From the IMG/VR virus record IMGVR_UViG_3300017707_001682, positions 1 to 31,776 of that record: a stretch of DNA of 31,776 bases; one strand, written 5' to 3'. The position numbers were made by a program, and so were the translations under genes. A model generated the notes under the pieces. It ran no database searches. It had not been told where the DNA came from and saw nothing but the letters and a program-made list of their open reading frames with translations. Shown here in pieces: positions 23,160-30,486 of this stretch. The DNA comes from a virus (lineage: Duplodnaviria; Caudoviricetes). Position 1 is the first letter of the stretch; each line of letters begins with the position of its first letter.

Positions 23160-25208
23160 ATGACCGCACTCGAACGCGCTCGACGCTGGCTCGACGCAGT
23201 GCCAGGTGCCATCTCCGGTTCTAACGGACACGGCCACACCTACTATGTCGTCAACACTCTCATGCACGGTTTCGGACTCGGCGCCAACCAGGTCCTCGGA
23301 CTCCTAAACGATTGGAACCGCACCTGCAGTCCTCCCTGGTCAGCTCGTGAACTCAATCACAAGGTCGAGCAGGCACTGGCCAACGCCGATAAATACGAGC
23401 GTCCCAAGGGACACATGCTCGAGGATGGACAACACGAAGTCATCCCGCTCTCCAGGTTCCCATCACCACTGACGCGGACCATCATCCAGTCTGACGCTCC
23501 GACACCAAAGGGAGCACTCCCAGATCCAATACCAGACGGCTGTCGAAAACTCCTTCTGGCAGCATTCGATGATGGCGAGTGGATCTCGATCTCGGAGGCG
23601 CTGGTCAACGACGAAGGACGAACCGTTCCCGCCGGATCCGGGTGCGTCATGGAGAGGAGCCACTGGCTCGGAAAGCTCGACGGTGTCGAAGGCGATCCCA
23701 ACCGAATCTGGACATCCACCGACAACCCGGGGGCCTACATCAGGATCAACCCGCTCAAGGTCGGGGGAAGCACTGACAACGATGTCACAGTCTACCGACA
23801 CGCACTCCTGGAGTTCGATGGCATCCCGATCGAGCAACAATGGAAGGTCATCGTTGAGTCCAACATCCCAGCGACAGCAGTGGTCCACTCCGGTGGGAAG
23901 AGCCTGCATGCCTGGGTGAAGGTCGATGCCAGGGACCGTGTCGAGTATGCTGCACGAGTCTCGGAGCTCCTGAAGGTCCTCGAAAGCTACGGGCCAGACC
24001 CCAAGAACAAGAACCCGTCGAGGTTCGCCCGACTCCCCGGCATGCGACGTGGCCAGGGGTTTCAGCACCTGCTAGCACTCCGCATCGGCGCCCGGAACTG
24101 GACCGAGTGGATGGCACGGAACTCCGACATCGGCACGTCCGAGTACAGGATCAAGGACTTGATGGACTTCGATCCCACCGCGGATCCCAACGAGCTCATC
24201 GGACGACGTTGGTTGTGCAAGGGCCACTCATGCCTTCTGGTCGGTGCATCCGGGATCGGGAAGTCCACGCTGACCATGCAGTTGGTCGTGCTCTGGGCAG
24301 TTGGTCGTGCGCCATTCGGCATCAAACCCAAGCGCCCACTCAAGCAACTCATCGTCCAGGCCGAGAACGACATCGGTGACCTCGCTGAACAGTTCCGTGG
24401 CGCCGTCCAGGCCCACCTCCCACCTGACCCGGACAGGGCCCGGATGCTCCAGGAGAATGTCGTGTTCGTCCGCGATACCGTACACACAGGCCGACAGTTC
24501 GTGGACCGACTGCAGACGCTCATCGACCGGCACAAGCCCGACATGGTCTGGGTCGATCCCTTGTTGTCCTACATCGGAGACGACCTTGGCGAACAACGCG
24601 TGGCCTCAGAGTTCCTACGCAACTGGCTGGGACCGCTCCTCGAGGCTACCGGCATCGTGCTCATGGTGGTCCACCACATCCGAAAGCCAGGCGCGAACGA
24701 CAAACGCAACTCAACCGACCTGCAGTACCTGGCGAGTGGTTCTTCTGAGCTGGTCAACTGGGCTAGGGCAGTCATCTACCTCGAGTCGCCGGATGAGGGT
24801 CAGTATCGACTCCGACTCCTCAAACGCGGCTCCAGGGCAGAAGCAGTGGACCATGAGGGGAAGATATCGGAAGCAATCTGGGTCAGGCGCGGCGACACAC
24901 ATCAGACATGGATCGCATGCCCGGCGCCCGAACCGAAGGAGGAGAAGGATGAACCCAAGATGACCGTGAAGTTTGGCGGCAGTGGAAAACGAAAGGACGA
25001 CGAAGTGAAAGAATGGAACCGAGACGAGTACCTCAACAGCATCAGCGGCTGGAACTCCTACATCGCAATGGTGTCGGACATCAGCTCCAGATACCGGCTG
25101 ACCAAGGAGCAGGCCAAGGCACACTGGACTGAATGCAAGCCACTTTTGAGCGTCAAGGAGCCCAGCGAAAGCGGCATGCAGCACAAGATCTACACCTACA
25201 TCCCATGA
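23160..25208 (+). CDS. Primase-helicase (N-terminal PriCT-like, AEP/RepB'-like primase, AAA_25/RepA-like helicase)
   Basis: 'WNRTCSPPWSAREL', 'LLEFD', 'HSGGKSLHAW', 'NPSRFARLPG', Walker A 'GASGIGKS', Walker B 'VWVDP', 'VHHIRK', 'SGSS'. Confidence 0.88.
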   Translation: MTALERARRWLDAVPGAISGSNGHGHTYYVVNTLMHGFGLGANQVLGLLNDWNRTCSPPWSARELNHKVEQALANADKYERPKGHMLEDGQHEVIPLSRFPSPLTRTIIQSDAPTPKGALPDPIPDGCRKLLLAAFDDGEWISISEALVNDEGRTVPAGSGCVMERSHWLGKLDGVEGDPNRIWTSTDNPGAYIRINPLKVGGSTDNDVTVYRHALLEFDGIPIEQQWKVIVESNIPATAVVHSGGKSLHAWVKVDARDRVEYAARVSELLKVLESYGPDPKNKNPSRFARLPGMRRGQGFQHLLALRIGARNWTEWMARNSDIGTSEYRIKDLMDFDPTADPNELIGRRWLCKGHSCLLVGASGIGKSTLTMQLVVLWAVGRAPFGIKPKRPLKQLIVQAENDIGDLAEQFRGAVQAHLPPDPDRARMLQENVVFVRDTVHTGRQFVDRLQTLIDRHKPDMVWVDPLLSYIGDDLGEQRVASEFLRNWLGPLLEATGIVLMVVHHIRKPGANDKRNSTDLQYLASGSSELVNWARAVIYLESPDEGQYRLRLLKRGSRAEAVDHEGKISEAIWVRRGDTHQTWIACPAPEPKEEKDEPKMTVKFGGSGKRKDDEVKEWNRDEYLNSISGWNSYIAMVSDISSRYRLTKEQAKAHWTECKPLLSVKEPSESGMQHKIYTYIP

Positions 25209-25420
25209 CGCCAAACAGAGCACAGTACACGATCGCAGAGACACCGTTCGAGGAGCCGCGCCTATCACAGGAGTACGTCAACGCAAAGTATAAGGACTGG
25301 TTGAGGAGACGCGGCCTGACCGACCCAGCGTACCGGCAGGAACTAGAGAACATGGAGGCGAACACCAAGCGACTCCGCAGGGCCATCAAGCCTCCTGCAA
25401 AAAATAGTAGAAAAAAGTAG
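25205..25420 (+). CDS. Small basic hypothetical protein (71 aa)
   Basis: ATGA overlap with the primase stop; MTPNRAQYTIAETPFEEPRLSQEYVN... Confidence 0.6.
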   Translation: MTPNRAQYTIAETPFEEPRLSQEYVNAKYKDWLRRRGLTDPAYRQELENMEANTKRLRRAIKPPAKNSRKK

Positions 25421-25446
25421 ACGTCGTGTTCTGGGTGTGGTTCACT
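25418..25446 (+). promoter_or_regulatory. Putative early sigma70-like promoter with A-tract UP element
   Basis: TAGACG-17 nt-TTCACT with TG upstream of the -10 and A-tracts at 25399-25416. Precedes ATG 25470. Confidence 0.5.
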
Positions 25447-25469
25447 GTTCCGCGTAACGAACAAAGAAC

Positions 25470-25769
25470 ATGAACACCACCAAGAAGATCACGCTGGCGA
25501 CGGTTAAGTCCTTCATCAAAAAGGCTGGAGATTCTCTCCACATCTTGACCGCGGATCGGTTTGACGGCACTCAGGACATGGTTTGCTCTACTGGCGAGAC
25601 CGAGTTTTCCAAGGCGATCAAGACTGAGTTTAGCCGAAGGAACCTCGGAGTTTGCGGTGCGTTTTTCGTTGGCGGAGACCGCTTTGAAAAATACGCCAAG
25701 GGGCAATTCGACGGCATCCTAGTCTACAACTGCTGCGGATCGTTCATCCTCGCAACCAAAACCGCCTGA
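25470..25769 (+). CDS. Hypothetical early protein
   Basis: 99 aa, 'KITLATVKSFI...FDG...VYNCCGSFILA'. First gene after the promoter. Confidence 0.7.
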   Translation: MNTTKKITLATVKSFIKKAGDSLHILTADRFDGTQDMVCSTGETEFSKAIKTEFSRRNLGVCGAFFVGGDRFEKYAKGQFDGILVYNCCGSFILATKTA

Positions 25770-25780
25770 CACTCACAACA

Positions 25781-25835
25781 CCAGGGGCGCGACTGGCCAA
25801 CGCGCAACTAACGCAACGCAACGCACTAACGCACC
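25781..25835 (+). other. Compact H-type pseudoknot followed by AACGC repeats in a 5' leader
   Basis: S1 CCAG(25781-84)/CTGG(25793-96), S2 GCGCG(25787-91)/CGCGC(25801-05), then AACGC x4 up to ATG 25836. Confidence 0.5.
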
Positions 25836-26189
25836 ATGAACATCAACGCACTCACCGCAGCCATCATCCTGACCGCAAGTTCTGCTCTCGGAGCTGGTCT
25901 CTCATCCACCACCGTCAACCGTCTGGCCGATGCGATCTACCGCGTCGAAGGCGGCGCCAGGGCCAAGGCACCCTACGGTATCCTCAGCATCAAGGTCTCC
26001 TCTACCGACGAAGCTCGACGGATCTGCATCAACACCATCCGCAACAACCATAACCGCTGGATCCGCGCTGGGCGCCCAGGTGAGTACCTCGACTTCCTCG
26101 CCGATCGCTACTGCCCTCCGTCGGCAGATCCCCGCGGGAACCGGAATTGGAAGAAAAACGTCCGTTCTATCAGCGGCCTCGACTTCTGA
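25836..26189 (+). CDS. Secreted lysozyme-like / glucosaminidase-like protein (candidate endolysin)
   Basis: Signal peptide MNINALTAAIILTASSALG. 'AIYRVEGG....YGI' carries the catalytic-Glu helix pattern and '.RYCP.....W.KNV' resembles the GH73-like C-terminal motif. Confidence 0.55.
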   Translation: MNINALTAAIILTASSALGAGLSSTTVNRLADAIYRVEGGARAKAPYGILSIKVSSTDEARRICINTIRNNHNRWIRAGRPGEYLDFLADRYCPPSADPRGNRNWKKNVRSISGLDF

Positions 26190-26228
26190 GGGGTGGACAT
26201 CTCCTGCATTTTTTGCATCCCACAAGCC

Positions 26229-28109
26229 ATGAACCTCCAAGAAAAGCTCGAGAACGCCTGTCGAAGGCTGACCAGTCTCAATTCCGACGGCGCCCTGAAG
26301 GAAAACGAAGTCGGCTGGTCCAAGATACACACCCAAGTCGGACGGTCGCTCGCCCAGCAGATCGGTCGGTGGTCGCCTGCCCAGCTCAACCTCGCCTGGA
26401 AGATCTGCAGCACGTACCGGAACACCCAGCTCGTCGACCTCGAGATTCCGCAGTGGACCAAGGACGACGCCATCACCGCCCCGGAGCCTGCTGAGTCGAT
26501 CCATGACGTCCTCAAGACTCTGGTGTGGGACAAGCCTCGCCTGGTGAAGACCAAGACCGGCCCCAAGATCGTCACCTCCGCAGTCGTCCCCGAAGGGCAT
26601 GCGTTCTGGGCAGTCTGGCGCCGCTCCAAGGACGAGGCCAAGCGTCTCGGGTATGGCGTCTCCATGTTCCGGGATCAGTGGACCGTCACCCTCTGGCAGG
26701 ACCCCGGTGGCACCAAGCCTGAGCCCTCCCCGACCGTCCATCCTTCCCCGGCGCCGGAGACCTTGCCTTCCATCAACACCGCTGGCCTGCTGCCATACCA
26801 GGTGCCGTCAGTCCAACGCATCGTCGCCTCGGTACGTGCCCGCGGTGCTGTCCTCGATGCCTCCGATGTCGGAACCGGCAAAACCTACTCCGCCCTGGCC
26901 GCCTGCCGGGAACTCGGACTCAAGCCCCTAGTCGTCTGCCCCAAGTCGGTGATCCCCAGTTGGAAGAAGGCTGCCAAACACTTCGGCTTGGAGATTGAGG
27001 CCGTGAACTATGAACTCGTGCGCCGCGGCAGCCTCCCCTTCTGCAAACAGCACACCGACCTCCGCGGTCGCACGTCGTTCTCCTGGGACCTGGACGCCCT
27101 AGGCTGCACTGCTCTGATCTTCGACGAGGTCCATCGTTGCAAGGCGCAGACCAGTCTCAACTCCAAGCTCCTCATCGCCGCCAAACGTCAGGAGATCCCG
27201 ACACTGGCCCTCAGTGCCACCGCAGCCACTGACCCCACCGAGATGAAGGCAATGGGCTATCTCCTCGAGCTCTTCGGCTCCCCGTCGGAACACTGGGCCT
27301 GGTGCCTCCGCAACGGCTGCTCGCAAGGTCGGTTCGGCGGCATCAAGTTCGGACACTCCGAGGCTGCTCTGCGTTCCATTCATCAGTCGATCTACCCCGC
27401 GAAGGGCACCCGGATCCGTGTCGCTGACCTGGGCGATGCCTTCCCCGAGACTCAGATCAACACCCAGCTCGTCTCCCTCAACGGCAACACCGAGAAGCTC
27501 AATGAAGCCTACCGCCTCGCTGAAGAAGCCGTGGAACGCGTCCGGGCCAAGGAAGCCACTGATCCGAGCCATCATCTGACCCTCATGCTCCGCGCCCGAC
27601 AGATCTCCGAGGCCAGCAAGATCCCCCTCCTGGCAGACATGGTCGAGGACTCGGTCGAGTCGGGCCTGTCTGTCGCCGTGTTCCTGAACTTCCAGGACTC
27701 CATCGCCACGCTCCAGGAGGCCATCCAGAACAAGTTCGGCGCCGAGTTCCCAGTCTCCATCATCCAGGGTGGTCAGACCTCCGAAGAGCGCCAGGCTGCC
27801 ATCGAGGCGTTCCAATCTGATCGCGCCCGGGTCATCATCGCCAACATCCAGGCCGGTGGTGTCGGTGTCAGCCTCCACGATCTCAACGGCAAACACGCTC
27901 GGATCGCCCTGATCAGCCCAACCTGGTCCGGAATCGACCTGCGCCAGACCCTGGGCCGCGTCCACCGCGCTGGAGGCAAGACCAAGAGCCTGCAACGCAT
28001 CATCTACGCCGAGGGCACCGTCGAGGAACGTGTAGCCGCCTCAGTCCAGGCCAAGCTCGATCGACTCGACCAGCTCAACGACGGGGAACTTTCCGGAAAC
28101 CTGCTCTGA
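26229..28109 (+). CDS. SNF2-like superfamily 2 helicase
   Basis: Q motif 'LLPYQ', 'DVGTGKT', 'VVCPKS', 'DEVH', 'LSAT', 'AGGVGVSL', 'QTLGRVHRAG'. Start set at ATG 26229. Confidence 0.9.
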   Translation: MNLQEKLENACRRLTSLNSDGALKENEVGWSKIHTQVGRSLAQQIGRWSPAQLNLAWKICSTYRNTQLVDLEIPQWTKDDAITAPEPAESIHDVLKTLVWDKPRLVKTKTGPKIVTSAVVPEGHAFWAVWRRSKDEAKRLGYGVSMFRDQWTVTLWQDPGGTKPEPSPTVHPSPAPETLPSINTAGLLPYQVPSVQRIVASVRARGAVLDASDVGTGKTYSALAACRELGLKPLVVCPKSVIPSWKKAAKHFGLEIEAVNYELVRRGSLPFCKQHTDLRGRTSFSWDLDALGCTALIFDEVHRCKAQTSLNSKLLIAAKRQEIPTLALSATAATDPTEMKAMGYLLELFGSPSEHWAWCLRNGCSQGRFGGIKFGHSEAALRSIHQSIYPAKGTRIRVADLGDAFPETQINTQLVSLNGNTEKLNEAYRLAEEAVERVRAKEATDPSHHLTLMLRARQISEASKIPLLADMVEDSVESGLSVAVFLNFQDSIATLQEAIQNKFGAEFPVSIIQGGQTSEERQAAIEAFQSDRARVIIANIQAGGVGVSLHDLNGKHARIALISPTWSGIDLRQTLGRVHRAGGKTKSLQRIIYAEGTVEERVAASVQAKLDRLDQLNDGELSGNLL

Positions 28110-28117
28110 CCACTCCC

Positions 28118-28312
28118 ATGATCCACTCTGACTTCCTTCCAGCTCTCCGCGTGTTCACCGGCGCCGGTGTCGGGCTCCTCATCTCAGCCACCTACCTGCT
28201 CACCTGCGCTCGGCTCCAGCCCGGCGTCCGGGACTTCGTCGTCTGGGCAGGTCTGCTCCCGGGCCTGACGCTGACCACCCTAGGGCTCATCCTCGGCCTC
28301 CTGGCGCAGTGA
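28118..28312 (+). CDS. Small two-TM membrane protein
   Basis: Two hydrophobic stretches in 64 aa. Confidence 0.55.
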   Translation: MIHSDFLPALRVFTGAGVGLLISATYLLTCARLQPGVRDFVVWAGLLPGLTLTTLGLILGLLAQ

Positions 28313-28548
28313 AGGTCCGCATCCCACTCTGCCGCTACGTCCTGATCGTCGAGCTCAGGAATCAGAAGCCATCCACGACCTCCCCGGGCAAACGCCAGGG
28401 CAAGACTCAGCGGACCATCCCCAGCCCCCTCAAACAGCTCACACTGAGCGCAGCATGCTGGTCGGATCGTCCGGAGCACCTCAGAAAAGTGCTTCTGCAA
28501 CTACCTGACGTCGTGAGTGTTGCGTTCGAGCCGAAAGAAAAGGCTTGA
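28309..28548 (+). CDS. Hypothetical protein
   Basis: GTGA-coupled 79-aa ORF. Confidence 0.45.
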   Translation: MKVRIPLCRYVLIVELRNQKPSTTSPGKRQGKTQRTIPSPLKQLTLSAACWSDRPEHLRKVLLQLPDVVSVAFEPKEKA

Positions 28549-28574
28549 TTTTTTGGCACGTAGGGTGTTTAAAA

Positions 28575-28890
28575 TCCGGCACAGCCGGAACCGTTGCACA
28601 GCAACGTGGCGTTCCTAGGAGCGCTGGCCAGTAGAGCCTTCGCAGCGACGTCCAGAGAACGCGAAGCAGAGCTTCAAGAATCTCACCGACAAAGGTGAGG
28701 TGTGTCTATCGACGACCATCCTGGCTGGCGCCCTCCTCGCGTACCCCAGGCACGACAGGTGGCTACGTCACGTTGTTCCTCCGCCTGGGCTGCGCCGCGC
28801 TGTGCTTGCTCCGCCGGTCGCTCCCTCTGTCTCGCTTGTGGGCCTTTGGGGGCCCCGCTCGGGTCGCTCCGTTCCTGGTCGACCAACCGA
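28575..28890. other. Hairpin-rich non-coding region (candidate origin or ncRNA)
   Basis: TCCGGC-ACA-GCCGGA, CGTTGC-ACA-GCAACG, GAAGC-AGA-GCTTC, CTCACC-N6-GGTGAG, CCCAGGC...GCCTGGG, and GTCGCTCC x2. Confidence 0.55.
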
Positions 28891-29059
28891 CATCTACGGA
28901 CTACGCAGCCCTGCCGGGCCGCAAACCGTCAACCCGATCCACCAGTTCGATCGTTCTCGACTTCTTTCCCACCACATCACTCATCACTTCTACTCGTTTC
29001 TGCAAAATTCTATAGTCTAGGCTTGACCTTGGTCCGTTAGGCCGCCCAGCTCAGGTCCA

Positions 29060-29800
29060 ATGGCTTCGCCCATCAAGTCCATCGAGATCCTCGACCCCAC
29101 CACCATCGAAGGTGGAACGCCAGAGCCCTCGCTCCACATCACCGCCTACGCCTACGGTGATCTCAAATCCTCAGTCCTCCACTCCTGGATCGACCTCTCC
29201 AGCCACCTCTCCACCTCAAAACGACCTGCCAGCCTCCGGACCATCCGCGAAGACGCCCTCATCTCTAGGTCACGCTGCCGGGCCACTCAGTTCTTCCTCC
29301 TCGACGACAAAGACGTCTGGATCCAACTCGATCACGACATCCAGTTCGATACCAAAGACCTCTTGGCTATTGCAAACCTCTCGCACCTGCACCAGGCCGC
29401 AGTCTGCATCCCCTACTCCTGCCGTTCACTCCCACCCAGACCAGCTCACCGCCCCAAACCCGACGCCCAACCCCTCGAGGACAACCCAAGCCTCACACCC
29501 ATCACCTTCTTCGCATCCGGCGCCGTAGCCATCCCCAAACCCGCACTCCAACAAGCCCTCCAAATCCTCGAGCAGGACGTCACACCTCACCCCTACCGCA
29601 TCGAATGGTGCCAGGATCAGATGGTCGACAGGTTCCCCACCCTCTGGATGCCATTTGTCATGGAGACCGGCAAAGGCAAAGAATACCTGTCCGAAGATTA
29701 TGCCGCATCCGCCAGACTCGCACTCATGGACGTCCCGCAGCTCGCCTATACCCCAGACACACCCCTCCAACACTGGGGCGACTTCAACTTCAAACTCTAA
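29060..29800 (+). CDS. GT-A fold (GT2-like) glycosyltransferase
   Basis: 'ALISRSR', DxD motif 'LDHDIQF', 'SGAVAI', 'YLSEDY', 'LQHWG'. Confidence 0.8.
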   Translation: MASPIKSIEILDPTTIEGGTPEPSLHITAYAYGDLKSSVLHSWIDLSSHLSTSKRPASLRTIREDALISRSRCRATQFFLLDDKDVWIQLDHDIQFDTKDLLAIANLSHLHQAAVCIPYSCRSLPPRPAHRPKPDAQPLEDNPSLTPITFFASGAVAIPKPALQQALQILEQDVTPHPYRIEWCQDQMVDRFPTLWMPFVMETGKGKEYLSEDYAASARLALMDVPQLAYTPDTPLQHWGDFNFKL

Positions 29801-29814
29801 AACCCGACCGACGC

Positions 29815-30444
29815 ATGGCACGCCCAGCCAAAGCCGTCTCCCAGGCCAAACTGGCCACACTCGCTGGCACCGACCGCAACATGGTCTCCTGGGCTCTCAG
29901 AGACGATCCACGCTGCCCACCAGCTCTCAGAGACAAAGTCAAAGCTCTGGCCAACGAACACGGCTACCAACTCACACACCACCCAGACCAACACCACAAC
30001 GACAAACTCACCCAGGAACGGGCCGATGCTGTCGTCGAAGGCGTGCTCACCAACAAGTCACTCGCCACCATCGCAGCCGACACAGGACTCACCAACGCCA
30101 CCGCCTACAAACTCATCCGCGGTGTCAAAGTCCCCCAGGACTACCCAGAGACCGAAGACGGTTGGAAGAACGACGTAATCTCATTCATGGAGGTCGCGAT
30201 TTGGAAGGGCACCAAACGCCTCGCACAGACTGGAATGGACGAGATTGATAGTCGCACAGTACCCATCTCGGTGGCAATCTTGACCGACAAGCTGGGGATT
30301 ATGAAGGGCCAACCGACCTCAATTCACGCTTCTTTAACGGTAACGACGACCCATCGAGACCTGATGAAAGAGTTGAAGGGCGGAAGCAAGTCTGATGCCA
30401 TCGAGGTCGAAACGAACGAAGAAGTCATGCCGGACGCCTCGTGA
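29815..30444 (+). CDS. Putative terminase small subunit with LacI-like HTH and a second HTH
   Basis: Directly upstream of TerL. 'QAKLATLAGTDRNMVSWALRDDP...RDKVKALANEHGY' (LacI-type), 'SLATIAADTGLTNATAYKL', helical 'ILTDK...GQPTSI'. Start set at ATG 29815. Confidence 0.6.
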   Translation: MARPAKAVSQAKLATLAGTDRNMVSWALRDDPRCPPALRDKVKALANEHGYQLTHHPDQHHNDKLTQERADAVVEGVLTNKSLATIAADTGLTNATAYKLIRGVKVPQDYPETEDGWKNDVISFMEVAIWKGTKRLAQTGMDEIDSRTVPISVAILTDKLGIMKGQPTSIHASLTVTTTHRDLMKELKGGSKSDAIEVETNEEVMPDAS

Positions 30445-30486
30445 CGAATTTGCACATTAACGGTTATATTCACTTTAGCTGAACTT

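Noticed and set aside
19158-28548. Lysogeny module or DNA polymerase
   Set aside because: No integrase, CI-type repressor or polymerase motifs were seen in the window. Lifestyle cannot be decided from this fragment.
28683-29040. Overlapping ORFs of 67-112 aa in three + frames and one - frame
   Set aside because: Atypical composition and non-ATG starts within a hairpin-dense region; more likely non-coding.
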